A stretch of DNA of 63,858 nucleotides, the filler included, from Trichosphaerium sp. ATCC 40318 (taxonomy: Eukaryota; Protista; Tubulinea), in the NCBI GenBank assembly GCA_038496445.1. It is 3 parts of 3 records of this genome, joined end to end, with 100 filler letters (N's around TTAATTAATTAA, not from the genome) between each part and the next. Parts side by side here need not be neighbours in the genome. Positions count along the whole stretch, not along the records: positions 1 to 27,540 come from JALMLS010000060.1; positions 27,641 to 53,916 come from JALMLS010000398.1; 1 more part is not named here. The stretch is one strand, 5' to 3'. A program made the translations under genes and the position numbers. Shown in pieces: positions 26,134-39,400 of this stretch. Under the pieces are notes generated by a model. It searched no databases and had not been told where the DNA came from. It saw nothing but the letters and a program-made list of their open reading frames with translations. Each line of letters starts with the position of its first letter. Position 1 is the first letter of the stretch.

Positions 26134-27261
26134 ATGCGTTCTAAAACAGCATATGCAGGACCAAACAAGGTGCTAGATGAACCCAACCTATTAGAAGTAC
26201 CAACAGAGATAATCGCTTATATGCTAGAGTTTGTGGACCGCTCTGATCGATTTCAAGTATCTCAAACCTGTAACCGTTTATCGAACGTTATTCACCATCA
26301 CGTTGGATACGATTTTATCGTACTTCGATCTAGTGCATGTTGTGCTCGTCTTTGTGGAAGTCCTCTTCTAAAAAACACCCATATTGAGATGCAAGGTTGG
26401 GGAACAGATTTTGAAGTCGCACTTCTTGCGGGTGTTGACTCGCTCGGAATTCGTGACAACGGCAACCTCACAGATGTAGGATTGAAGTATATTTGTGGTA
26501 TACGTCGCTTGTCATTGTCTAGATGTACAGCAGTAACAGAAGCGGGTTTACTACCACTTACCAAGCACCTCAAATATATCTGTCTGGGAGACAGTATGGC
26601 AGATGGAGTTGTTTCAGCTGCAGCGGGCGTTCATACCATAAGTTTGTTCCACAACAGATCAGTGACAGATGAAGGTATTTCTAAATTGGGGGGTGTACAC
26701 ACCATAGATTTAAGGCTTGCCAATGTAACGGACAAAGGTGTTTCAGCACTCGCTGGTGTACACACCATAAATCTGTGTGGACGTCAATGCATCACAGACG
26801 AAGGTATTTCAGCGCTTGCTGGTGTACATAACATAGATCTATGTGCGTGCCCACTCATTACAGATGAAGGCATTTCAGCCCTCGCAGGTGCACATACCAT
26901 AAGATTGAGTGAATGTGATCTCATCACAGATGAAGGTATTTCAAGATTGAAAGGTGTGAAGAAAATAGCTCTGTCAGGTTGTAAAGGAATCACTGTATCG
27001 TGTATGAAAAGTCTTACTGGTGTGCATTCAATCAATCTGTCTCGTAATGTAAACGTAACAGATAAGTGGCTCAGTCATCTTTCAGGTGTCAAAGAGATTA
27101 ACCTGGTTGATTGTCCAAATATCACAGAAAAAGGAATTGAATCATTAGCTAGCTTGCATAATATCCGTCTATTACAAGGAAGCTTCTCACGTGAATTCAT
27201 TGCTACTCTCGAAGAAAGAGGTGTGCATGTAGATGAGATTCCAGACTATTTGTTAATTTGA
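26134..27261 (+). CDS. F-box + leucine-rich repeat (LRR_CC/AMN1-like) protein, intronless
   Basis: F-box LLEVPTEIIAYMLEF...VSQTCNRL followed by ~22-aa repeats LAGVHTIDL-x2-C-x2-ITDEGIS. Confidence 0.9.
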   Translation: MRSKTAYAGPNKVLDEPNLLEVPTEIIAYMLEFVDRSDRFQVSQTCNRLSNVIHHHVGYDFIVLRSSACCARLCGSPLLKNTHIEMQGWGTDFEVALLAGVDSLGIRDNGNLTDVGLKYICGIRRLSLSRCTAVTEAGLLPLTKHLKYICLGDSMADGVVSAAAGVHTISLFHNRSVTDEGISKLGGVHTIDLRLANVTDKGVSALAGVHTINLCGRQCITDEGISALAGVHNIDLCACPLITDEGISALAGAHTIRLSECDLITDEGISRLKGVKKIALSGCKGITVSCMKSLTGVHSINLSRNVNVTDKWLSHLSGVKEINLVDCPNITEKGIESLASLHNIRLLQGSFSREFIATLEERGVHVDEIPDYLLI

Positions 27262-27540
27262 AACTTAGCAATAAATATTGTACCACCTATACAGCAAATG
27301 CCCTACATCTTACCATGTTCTTTTTGTTTTTGACATAAGATAGCGTTACACCTATCTTTTTTATACACTCTATCTTCCTTTTATCACTACCTCTCTCTGC
27401 TTAATAAACGACATGTGCAAAAAAAACAAACTCAAAAGGGGATTATGCGTAAATCCAGCTCACCTCTGTATTGTTTAGGTTGCAAGAGTATTTTTTGATT
27501 TGTAGTTTTGTACAAGTGTAGTATCTTTTAGGAATAAAAA

Positions 27541-27640
27541 NNNNNNNNNNNNNNNNNNNNNNNNNNNNNNNNNNNNNNNNNNNNTTAATTAATTAANNNN
27601 NNNNNNNNNNNNNNNNNNNNNNNNNNNNNNNNNNNNNNNN
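27541..27640. other. Artificial contig linker (N-run with TTAATTAATTAA)
   Basis: N44-TTAATTAATTAA-N44; stop codons in all six frames. Confidence 0.97.
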
Positions 27641-28205
27641 TGACAAATGCGATGGTGAGGGAAGCCAACGTGAATATGGTGACCAACACGATGGCGGCAA
27701 ATGTGATGGCGAGGAAAGCCAACGTGAAGAGGCTGACGAACACAATGGTGACGACTGTGATGGCGAGGAAAGCCAACGTGAAGAGGCTGACGAACACAAT
27801 GGTGACGACTGTGATGGCGAGGAAAGCCAACGTGAAGAGGCTGACGAACACAATGGTGGCGACTGTGATGGCGAGGAAGGCCAGCGCGAAGAGGCTGACG
27901 AACACAATGGTGACGACTGTGATGGCGAGGAAAGGCAACGTGAAGAGGCTGACGAACACAATGGTGACGACTGTGATGGCGAGGAAAGCCAACGTGAAGA
28001 GGCTGACGAACACAATGGTGACGACTGTGATGGCGAGGAAAGCCAACGTGAAGAGGCTGACGAACACAATGGTGGCGACTGTGATGGCGAGGAAGGCCAG
28101 CGCGAAGAGGGTGTTGGCGACTGTGACGGCGAGGAAAGGCAACGTGAAGAGGCTGACGAACACAATGGTGACGACTGTGATGGCGAGGAAAGCCAACGTG
28201 AAGAA
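27641..28205 (+). repeat. 57-bp coding tandem repeat (19-aa unit CDGEESQREEADEHNGDD)
   Basis: About 10 units of TGTGATGGCGAGGAAAGCCAACGTGAAGAGGCTGACGAACACAATGGTGACGAC; mirrored at ~53355-53916. Confidence 0.92.
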
Positions 28206-31200
28206 ACCGACGAACTCAGTGGTGGTGGCTACGACGATGACTCCGAGTACAACAGCGCATCTGGACAGGCGTCACATGACGAAGACTTTATGCTAGATGA
28301 CAACAAGTACGTTTGTTGGTTTGGACTTTGTTGTCATTATGAAGCTACAACTTTTTGTTTTCTTTCTTATGCTTGTCCTTTTTCTCTGATTAACTATCTA
28401 ACAAGATGTGAATCTTCAAGTGATGGCTGCGAGGTCAGGGAAAACATTTACAACCCTGGAAGAAACAAGAACTACAATAACACTGAGCGTGTGTTCTACA
28501 ATACGCGTAAAGAAAAGGAGGAGGAGGATGGTTCCACTTCTGAAAGTGACTTTTCAGAACCTAGCAAGCTTTCCAACCGCGAAGAAAGGGATGAGGAGGA
28601 TAGTCACACCAGCTCTTCACTGTGTGCTACTTTTATTTTTTGTTTTTTTCACGCTCACACTTTTTGATAGCAATAGAGGCGGAACCAAGATATCTGACTA
28701 TCAATTTGATATATACGCAGACTCACAGTATGCGAGTGTTGGGGGTATGCCACATGCGGGCTGTTTGCGAGAATAATCTAATAATCTACTGTCTAGACGT
28801 GGAATTACTGGACATGACTTTGAATCCATTGGAAAGCAGTGGCTTTCTAGACTTCAAATCTAAGAACATTTGTCAAGAAGGGGCTCCCAAAGGGGTATAC
28901 GATCCACTCAGATTTGTGTAAGTAAAAGGAGCTTGCAGTAGTGCAAATTAAGATTTGTGTAGCAAGGTGTTTCGGAAAGGCAAGATAGTAATGGGAACGC
29001 TGCCTGAGAAGCAATTTGTAAAGGAGAAAATGGCGCAGCGGATGTCTGCAGCTGTCAAAGATATACTGGCGAAGTGTAGAAGAACCAATAGCCGTTACTT
29101 GGGCACAGATGAAGAACCTAGTAATACACACAAGAAAAACACAAGTCACCTTAAAATTCTCAAGAGCGACCTTATGAGGGCTTTTGTTCGCGCTGAAAAA
29201 GGACCTTTAGAGTTTTTCTTTGATGATTTAACACTACATCCAGATCGAGGCCTTCTCACAAAGCAAAGGTGCTTTTGTTTTTCGTGCGTCTCTTCTTTAG
29301 TTTTCCTGTTTCTTTTATTTACGCAATTCAGGGCCATGCTATACTACGGTGTATGCCGAAAAGTGTTTTTGCTAGATGGCAAATACTCCCACCCAAGGTT
29401 GCTTTTTCTTTGTTTGCAAATACTTTGGTACCAATTTTTTTATATTTGATTCAAAAAAAACCCCCCTGACATAGTGTTGTGTAGTGACGCGATAGGATTT
29501 TCGAAAGACCTGGATCGCATCTACAGTGCTAATCGCGATGAAGACAATAGAAAGCAAAGGATGCTAATAGCAAAGGCTAAAGCTACGGCCAAAAAGGTCA
29601 ACCAAAAGCACTACTTGCATCCAATGAAAACAGTGAACTCTATCCATTGTATAAAATATTCAATGCAAGTGTGGGACATTGGAGGTTTCATTGTAGATGG
29701 CAGTTTTAATTATTGGGATTTTTTAACAGAATACACACATCGCAAATTTAAAAGTAAGAAGAACTTCCTTTTTCTTTATTGGCTGTTGCACTAACTTACA
29801 ATTTCACACACAGGGCCAAAAAGCTTGACAGTGTTCGGCAACAATGTGGTGGAAGGAATGGAGATGCGCACTGGCACTATGTGGACAACGGGCTTTCGCT
29901 CGTTTGCAGTTTGGTTGTGGTCAGTTTAAAGTTCTTACTAGCTTACAATCTAATGCAAAAACAAACAGCCTTCGTAACAAAGAAAGCTCAGAGAGTATTA
30001 GAGTGAACAGGTTCAGCAAAACACGCAACACAATAGAGCAAGTACTTATGGCGAAGACACAGAGGCTGGCAAGTAAAAGGACTAAAATGGAAGGTAAACC
30101 CTATTGCTTGTCACCATGTTACAACTTAAGAACTATTTTAGCCATGCCTTTGTCAACAGAGCTTATTCACGTGCAAAAAGCATTCGTTCGAAATGCTTGG
30201 GTAGACGAGATAGAATCCGTACACCAAAAAGAATCCGTACACAAAAAACAATTGAGAGCAATACAAAAAAATAGAGGACCCTTATCCATGGACCAGTACA
30301 AGGTCCTTCAGAAATCCAAGATCAGGATCAACTATGTCACTTTGAGAGCGGAGCTTGTAGCGGAATTGGGGTTGCATAAATACATGACCTTAAAGGTTGC
30401 TACTTTGAAGGAGTACTCCAAGGCCGCGTGTTTCTTGCACGGTTTTGAAGTTAAGTTCAAAGAGTATGAACTCCAGGTGCATATTTTGTTGGTTTTCTTT
30501 TAGTACTAACGCTGTATTATAGCTGGGGATAGATAGATGCGGCCACAATGCAAAGGCATACTGTAAGAGCGCATTTTACATAAATCCACATTGGAGGGAA
30601 CCTGTACGGACGGGCTGCTTTGCGCATATCTATTTGTTAACTCCGTTTTATTCTAGTACATGTGCGCTTTAGCTAGCAAATGCTACAAAAACATGTCAAC
30701 CAAAGCCAAGTTCTCCACACTTGCCATCAACCTGCTTCAAATGGTAGAGACAGCCTGCAAACAAGTGGAAACAGTGATTGTCAACCTCGCCTTGGACACC
30801 AGTGTGTTGAGGGGCATCCACGGCGATATGAGCTACACAAAGTACAAGAAGCTGACCGAGAGAGTGATTTTCAGCGCTGCGTCCGAGAGGCTGTTGAAAT
30901 GCAAGGAGCCAGATGGTGGCTTGCACAAGTTGGCTGAACAAATGCTATTGGTGCGCACACGCGATACCATGAACCGTTCTTAATTTCTCTTTGTTTAGGA
31001 GATGTACCCCGAATCCAATGAAGTTAGATGTGCGTTGTTTGACCAATTATACGTGTATGTGTGCTTTCTAAAAAAATTGATTGTTGTACTAGCGCACTTG
31101 GAAATTGTGTATGGTCGACGCCAGGACCAAGCGGAGGCAGCCACAGCTGAAAGGCAGGAAGCTAAAAAGCTGAAACGAAAGAGGCCAACCAGTACTGACA

Positions 31201-31658
31201 CACAACGTGGAAACAGAGGCGCCAAGAGGAGACGTACAGATACCGTCCATTCAGGGTCCCAGTCTGGCGATTGTTCTGATTCGGGATCGCGCACAGATGC
31301 GTTGCAGGTCTCTAGGAAGCCTAGAGGAGCAATCCCAATACCTGATCAACGTGGATTTGATGAACGTGGAACTGATGAACACATATCTCCATTTTCTAAA
31401 GTGATAATCAGTTCTGACGAGGTGACTGCGGGTGTCAGTACAACAGAGGGCGCATCTGTGAATGAATTACTGAAAAAGATGATAATTGGTAGTCCCAGAA
31501 AAGGTGAAGTTTTTTTTGGTGAAAAAACAGTGAAGATAGGCAAAACGATGTACGTGGCTTTGTCGCCGCGTACCTCCACCATGTTAAAGAGCCGAACCGA
31601 AAGCTCCAACAAAACAGGAAAGAGAAAAAATGGCACTGAGGTTGTAAATAAAGTGTAA
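27641..31658 (+). CDS. Large multi-exon hypothetical protein: acidic Cys-containing repeats, basic NLS-like C-terminal region; 5' truncated
   Basis: The acidic repeat frame runs into a GT donor at ~28308. Successive same-strand ORFs are separated by T-rich GT-AG introns to the stop at 31658 (KKLKRKRP, KRRR). No domain recognised; may be more than one gene. Confidence 0.55.
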
Positions 31659-33073
31659 GAAGCGGATAGAAACTGTAGTTGCGTAAAGGGGTAGCCGTTT
31701 ATTCAAACCGTATCGACTCTGAGTGTTCCAAGAGCACCCAAACAGCAATTTATTGCGTGTACGAGGCAACATGTACGTAACATGCTGAAAAGACGAGACT
31801 TTTTCATGCTTGCGTTGACTTTATCATAAAATGGTTCCGTTCCAACGCTCTAAACACACGTCGTACCTATCAAAAAAAGGCTACCGCTGGTCAGGGTGTA
31901 CCCGACAGAGTTACTACGCCTCTCTGTGCTGTGAGAATACCCGCCAGCGGCTTTATTGAAGTATGCGAAGAATAGAGCGTTTGGGTACGAAGGGCTATCC
32001 AAGACGGGCGCAAAAACGAGCCGATTACTTCGACCAAAGTACGCGGTTATTATTCCAACCTTTTTCCTCGCTAATGTGCTACAGGGCCCGCAGCAGCCCC
32101 TCCTCTGCCCAACCACGCTCAGTTTTTTACGCATTGCTCACCTAATTCTGGTTCGCTTTTAGCAGGTACCGTCGTTTCCTCCCGTTGTTGATTATAAACC
32201 CTTCAATGTAGCGGATGTAACAGCATAGAAACATTTTCGGAACTAAGAGCACGCTCCGCTCGTTTTTTAAGGGTAAATACGCTTTATTCGTCAATTCTTT
32301 ACATTGCTAATACATTCAAGCGTAGCGTAGAGCTATGGTGGTAGAAACAAACCTATAGAAGTGTTTTTTTTTTTTGTTATTGTCGAAGTAACTGTACGTC
32401 TCTCTGCTTTGGTAACGCACAGTTTCTGACACATTCCTGTAGAACGCGCTTGCTTGGACGATAGGCTTTTACTTCCGTGAACATTTTTTTCTTTTTTATC
32501 CTCTTGGCCCATAACCTGTACGCATCCCCTCTCATTATAAATTTCTGACAGTATTTGCAGGTTTTGCCGGTTCTATATTTTTGGAAAAGAAATAAACTTG
32601 TTTGTAGTGGCCTTGTGAGCCTGTATTTTTGATCCTTGTGAGTGCCTTGCCTAAATAGTTATTTGTTGCGCCTTTTTATGTGCTGTAGCGCAGTTTTGCA
32701 GCAATACCTACCTAGTTTTTGTTTTGGTGCTGTTTTCCGAATCTACGTGCAGAGAGAGCGCATTGTGAAGCTGTTTTATAACTAAAGGGTCGGATCTAGT
32801 CAACTGAAAATTACCGTCTCCTATTATCTTTCTTGATGGGGTGAGAGTGGGCTGAAACGGTTGCCTGCGCGTAGAAAACGCGTGGAGACTCTGTTTTACC
32901 GCGAAGAAAAAATGTACAAGCGAATAAAAGAGTTTTTAGGTCGTACGTCGCCCAATTTACTTTCGCATTAGTTAAAACCGCACGTTTTAAGCTACACGCA
33001 CACAGTTCGAAACCACCGACGCTCAAAACAGCCTGTTAAGACGCACAATCGCTCAAATAACCTCTACCGCTCG

Positions 33074-36000
33074 ATGCCTCATGGTGGTAGCTCTACAATC
33101 AAGAAAGGCGCCACAAATGCAAAGTTTATTTCGCCAGGACAGCGTAGAAAGAGAAGAGCCGCTAAACAAAAGAAAACCCACGGCACTGACATGGTGACCA
33201 GGCGAGGGAAACGACAAATACGAGCAGAGCTAGGCGAATCAACGCGTTTTACCTTGCACACGATGCAATCCGGTCTTGTTATGGTGGTAACTCTGTATGT
33301 GCCTTCTTTTTACTACTACTATTTAAAAATCTTCTTTTGGTTGGTTCGTTGTTTAAGAGAAAGAAAATGCGCAAATGACCATCTTTAGCAGTGAGCCGAC
33401 GTGTATTTATGTGTACCAAGGCATTGGCAAATCCCTTCTTCCGTTACCTATCAACGTCAAGAGTTTGCTGCAGAACAAGACTATGCAACAGAAAGTATTT
33501 ACAGCGGAGAAGAAGAAGAAACGTTCCACGCAGGTAGAACAGATGGTGGATGACTGCGCAATGCAAATTGACAGAGACAGTGTTTTAGCGACTGCGCATC
33601 AGAAGACCTATGCAGCGCCAGTTAAAGAGAATGAAAAGAAGAAGAAACGTTCCACGCAGGTAGAACAGATGGTGGATGACTGTGCAATGCAAATTGACAG
33701 AGACAGTGTTCCAGCGACTGTGCATCAGGAGACCTGTGCAGCGCCAGTTGAGTTGATTGTCGAGGAGCGTAACCAACAGATGCAACTCAACGACAGCGAG
33801 GACAGTCCCATCGAAGCAGAGGTCAACCAAATGCAAACTGACAGTGATCATGCGGTTGTCGAGCGTCCAAACAAGTTTGATCTTATGGAGCTGCAAGACA
33901 CGGGCTACTGCACTTCGATTGCAGCGCAAAGTGAGGTGGAGCGGATGTCAGTGGAGGAAGGTGGACCTGTGGCAGCAACGATCGATGGTATCTTAGGAGA
34001 GTACGTGCTATTTATCACCTTTGCAAAAATGTCTTTAAACAAAGTTTTGCTACAGAGCAATGAACGCGGAGAAGCCAATGAGAGAAGTGCAAAGAAAGCT
34101 TCTAAACCTGTCAGATGGAGATAAACAAAGCTTGGAGAAAGCGTTCTTCAGGTGAGGTTACAAAGACAAAAGGCAAATAAACTGAACTAACGGTGCACCA
34201 CCGAGATAGGAAAGTGCAACTAGAAAAGAAATCCTACAAGGTGACAAGCAAAAGGAAATGCGTTAGCAATCTTTCGAATCCTTTATTGTACAGTGAAAGA
34301 GTCTGGAGCGAGGGTGCAAGGTCGCTCATCAGCAAGGTAGGCGTGGATATGCTGGCGCTGGAGACCTCAAAGACGTTCAACATGCCCACAGGGCGGTGAG
34401 TCTTTGCTCTGTTTGTGTGGCAATGGACTGACCACAAACTCTAGGCTGGTGGGAGCAGTTCATCCGGTCGGTGGAGGCCACATATTTTCTGACAACAGGA
34501 TAGCCATTGGAAGGAAATCAATTCCTTGGGACATCGTCCCTTTGATGTTTTTGGCTCTCTGTGTAGAGCCTTACGCTCAAGGGTACAACTTTAAGGCCTT
34601 GGCGGATGCAAATGGCTTGCAAGAAAAAGACTTCTGTTTGTCTGTTACAGTACATATATCGCCAGGACTACAAGAAGATACAGATGCTAGCAACAAACAC
34701 AAAAAGAAGAAGCCCAAAAAGGGAAGGCAGGCGGTGGGCATGGGATATCACCGAGACGACAACAAGGAGTATGGTGTGGATGCAAATGTGCGTTTTGTTT
34801 TTTTGTTTTTTTATTGTATGGTTATTGTTACTTTCTCTGTTTGTCCAAAAGGTCTATCTCATTTGTTTCTCTATAGGTGCCAGTGCTCACTGTTTATGAT
34901 TTTTTTGAGTTGGGGAAACCTAACGCACTGTGCGAGACGGTGGAAGGCTTTGCAATAGAGTACACTGACAGAACTAACAATAGCTCCTGCAAAATCAACG
35001 TTGCACCTAACTCTGTGGTTTATGCGCCGCCTGGATACCAAGGCATCCTAAATTTTAATCACAGGGCAATAATTTCTAGTCGCAGTGGCAAAATGGTGTG
35101 GGAGGTGCGGCCATTTCATCAAAAGCTGTTCGAGACGGATAGCGAGGGAAAGCCCTCGTACAGCACTTACAGTCAGCTATCCAATGACTTGCTAGAAAAG
35201 AAATCGCTGCAGGAATGCGTTAAGAATATTTTCACAAAGTACAAGTACTCAAAAAACGCAACAGCGGGCAAGGAAGGCAAAACAAGTAAAAAAGAAACAG
35301 AGCCGTATGCGTTTGATGCAGTTAAATATTCTTCCTAAAGAAAAAAACCTCACCATTGTCTGTTAGGTCCAAGAAGCACAGTGACGCGGTGAAGGCGATG
35401 CACCATAGATTTGAACTTATGCGCAAAGACATTGTCAACAACCCAAACTCCAATTCTGTGTTGATTGTGGTCGGAGTTCAGAGGACTTGCAAAGCACGGA
35501 ATGCAACGACGGGTGTAAAAAGACTGGATATTACGGCAACTGGACAAGACACAATATGGGCGGTGGCGTGGAGCGCGTGTCTAGGGCAGAATTGACAGTG
35601 TCGGGTTTTAGATTAACCTTGTGGGTGCTTCCTCTTTTTTTTTCTTCTTTCTGTTGACCAACTGTACCCCCATCTAGATGCAAGAACTTTGCAAGCAATA
35701 AAATAGACAAAAGATATCCTCTCGATTCTATGTGCGTGAACTTGGCAGATGATCAGTGTAGGGAGTACAACAAGTTTGTGAAGAAGGAAGACAGTTCCCT
35801 GTCTTTCGACTATTTCACTACAACTGGCCCCGGAGGAGTGACAGAAGGCAAGGTAGATCACCCGGCAGTACCTTGCGTCCACGTAGTCAGCGAAAGATTG
35901 CAATTGTGCTTCATGTACAAGAATCCGATCAGAGTCTTGCAGTTCGATGTAGCCAAAGTGGATTACGAAAACACTGGCTTGTGGGTTTGTTGTCACATGA

Positions 36001-36180
36001 GGTACGTTACTAAATCCAGCCACGTGGATTGTTCAAATAAATTCTTTTCGTGCTTTATACCTTTTTGACACTGTATACAAGCGGTCGTATTACGACAAGT
36101 GGCTTTCCGACCGTTGTGTACGGTTTTTGTAGACTGAAACATTACCATTCGTGTACAGATTTGACCGGATTGCATTGTGA
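33074..36180 (+). CDS. AlkB-type 2OG-Fe(II) dioxygenase fused to a C-terminal SRA/SAD-like domain
   Basis: Dioxygenase: MGYHRDD (HxD, 34749), NSVVYAPPGYQGILNFNHRA (distal H), KMVWEVR (cf. AlkB RxxxxxR). SRA-like segments in the correct order: SRAELTVSGFR, PLDSMCV, YFTTTGPGG, LQLCFMYKNPIRVL, YENTGLWV, SGFPTVVFDR. A 1-nt homopolymer deletion at ~35443 in this arm is absent in the mirror arm. Confidence 0.65.
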
Positions 36181-36481
36181 GGTTTGGAAGAGCATCGAAA
36201 GGCTAGCTCAGCTCTAAAAGAAAAAGGCCAGGTAGGTCGAAGATTGATTTTAAATGATTTATTGTGCGTTTACCAACTCGGTTTTACACCTTCATATGTT
36301 ACAGACTTGTTATACTGTGTTAAATAAAGCGTTTAAGCCCGTGTGAAATGGTTACATAATATAGCTCTATACATACAACAGAGTTAAATTGTGATTGCAT
36401 TTATTATATACATATTATATACAGCTATATACAAAAAAAAAAAAAGGTGCTTTTTATGTGTTGGGTTTTCGCAGCCCTCCC

Positions 36482-39400
36482 CTACAAAACAGCTGATGCA
36501 GACATAGCTGTGCTAATGCCCGTGGCATTCAAATGTTTTGAGCACATTCTAGCTCCTCGTTTAGCCATGCGTAGAGGTGATGGAATCGAAATAGCATCTA
36601 AGAATACAAGCAATGAGAAAAGTTTCAAATACTGTTAAAAATGTGTCATACGGTTCGCGTTAAAATATAGCAAACAGAGGCCATATGTTAGTTGTACAAT
36701 AACAGTTTGGTCAAATTCTGCTGTTGCGGTATCGAACAAAATCTCATATCGCGTTGGTCTTGTCGACTGTTTGTGGCCGTCCTCCCCCTACGAAAAAAAA
36801 AAAACACAATTAAAAAGGTGACTGAATAATACCAAAACTCAAATAAGCTGTACAATATTATTCCCTATGTGGGATTGTAAGATAAAATGGCGCATGGGCC
36901 AATGTGTAGTAGGGATCATAGCACCCTCATCATCTTCACCATAGGTTGGCATATCACCATCCGTATGCACAATTCTGGACGGATCTGCATACTCTTCAAT
37001 AGCGCAAATTGTTTCCGCTTCTGAAGCTTTGACAGACTCTACAACCTGTGCTGGATCGTGTAGTCCGAAGAAAGGTTCCTGTATGACAGTCCCAGGCTCA
37101 AGATTGTCAACACCACCTAAAGAAGTACACGAGTATTAGGTTAACAACCTCTACTCACACTAAAAAAATAAAAACAAACGCTTTGTTACCGCTTTGCGTC
37201 AGCGCCATGAACCGCGCCTTCACGCGTCTATAGACGCAAATGTATTGCATCGTGATTACATGACATGTGTCTCCGGTCACGCAATAAGACTAGAAAATCG
37301 CGGTTAATGAAACAAGCTGTCCATCCCAAAAAACGGAAAAAAAAAAAAAAAAAAAAAAAGAGAGAAGCACCTTTAAGAGATCTGCAATACCATTGATCTC
37401 GGCATCTCTGGATGCCACACCACCTGTACTTTTTAAATGTTAGTAACAAACATGCAGCATTTACATAACCATACCGATATATTATGAGATATCTCGGATA
37501 ACCTCCGGTGGAACTTTTATGTCCTAAGATACAGCTTAGCTTAAAAAGTAGGGTACCACTTTCATACGGCTAAAGACATCCTCAAACCATTTCTAACGGA
37601 AATAAAGGTATTAGCTAATGCGAATGCAAAAAGGATGGTTGATAGTCGTACCGCAGGTGCATTTCCATCTGCGTCAGATGTTACTTGCTTGGAGTACACC
37701 CATTCGCTTGGGTACCCGCCATCCCAAGTTCCGTACATTGCAAACCTTACAACTAGTGAGGGCGTTCACGTAATATTGGACGCACATGCACATCCACCGA
37801 TTGGCATCTACCAATGATTCGGCGATACCGCATATTACCGTGGTAGATAACAACTCGGGATTGATGCCATCGTGACCCCAGTTTTTTATGGACCATGGCA
37901 ATCCGCCCATCTTTTTTACAGCCTTACGTACACTTAGCAAGTTTGAATTTTTTGTTAAACACAAACAGTATCCTCTATACGTGCCTGAACACATGCCTTA
38001 TGTAGACTCTTTCCCACCAACGCTTTGCTAAAAAAGAAACAATACGTGAGCAATAGAACATGGTCAATTTAAAAAAAAAAAACATTAGAAAAGTTGCTAG
38101 CTTATTAGGTACCGGCTGTGAATACATTGAGATACAATGTTGTATTGGTTGAGCCTGGTTTTGATAGCTGTGTATAGATCACCACCTTCGCATACTTCTG
38201 AAAATACAACAAGGACAAAGCCACATTTAGCTAAACTGTCGAGCGCTGCCGGATCTATTTTACCGTACTTGTCGTAGCACACCTCTTTTACAGAGGCATC
38301 TTTTGTAAACATTCCAAACTTATACATTTGCCTTAAAAAAGCTTCAACAACAATACGAGCTTTGTCTTGAGGGACAATAGCAACACAGGTATCAAGGGGG
38401 GTGTTCAAGCCTCTTGCCACTGTATGCGTGTTCCAATAACGTGTTTTTTGATCAACAGTTATTGTCTCTTTCCCCGTATCTAATCTAAGTACATAACATT
38501 ATGATGTCTGAATGGTCATACAATTAGTGAATACGCACCTGATAGGGTTTACCAACCGACCATAAAATTGCAATGGGTCAAAATCCATTTTAAAATTCCA
38601 GTGCTTGAGCGCTGGTACTGTTTCCGCGCTTTGAAGAAGATTTTTAGCCTCCTTGATACTTTTGTATCTATCCCATGGCTCTAAATCTGTCGTCTTTTTG
38701 ATAACTTGGGATTCGTGGGCACTAAACACAAGTTACAAAAGTATTCTTTCAGGGCTGAAACTCAGCTAGGCATTGCCTTAAAAAATGATGCATATTCCTA
38801 ACATTTGGCATTAGATGGCAAAATCAAGGCATTTGCATTTGGCAATGCCCAATAAAATAAGGCATTTTTACAAAAAGGCAATGCCTTCATCAAAAAGGCA
38901 TTAATACCAGGCATTTTTGGGCATCTTTTGGCATTGCATAAAATCAAGTAATGCCCTGTATTGCAAGTACTTTATGCCTTTATTATGCCTTATTTTTTTA
39001 AGCAATATATGCCTTGTATTTTAATTCATATATAAGGCATTGCCTATACTATATCATAGGACTGATCACATTAAGGAAGTGGTTTAAGGTAAGTAACAGT
39101 CAAACAACTTTTACACTTTTTTTTTCACATCACCTACTGACGTTTTATATAGATAGGCATCTAGCGCTCTTAGTAATTCATGAAATTAGACGAAACCACC
39201 GCCAAACGAACCGCAGCACCCTATTTCACCTACAACAGTAGTAGGAGTGAACTCCGCGATATTTCCAGGACCGCGGAATTCTAACACTACAAGGTAAGTT
39301 TTTTTTTTTTTTTTTTTTTCCCCATCTCATATTTTCTTTAAGGTTTTTTCAAATGTGGACTTAGGAGTTTTGTGTATTGTATGTGTACTGTATTATAAAA

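Noticed and set aside
27585-27596. TTAATTAATTAA as a piggyBac target or biological palindrome
   Set aside because: Embedded in N-runs at both joins; it is an assembly linker, so genes on different contigs are not known to be neighbours.
27585-28296. ORF-track proteins MAFLAITVV..., MCSSASSR... and MVREANV...
   Set aside because: Alternative frames of a stop-free 57-bp repeat; only the acidic frame connects to the downstream exon.
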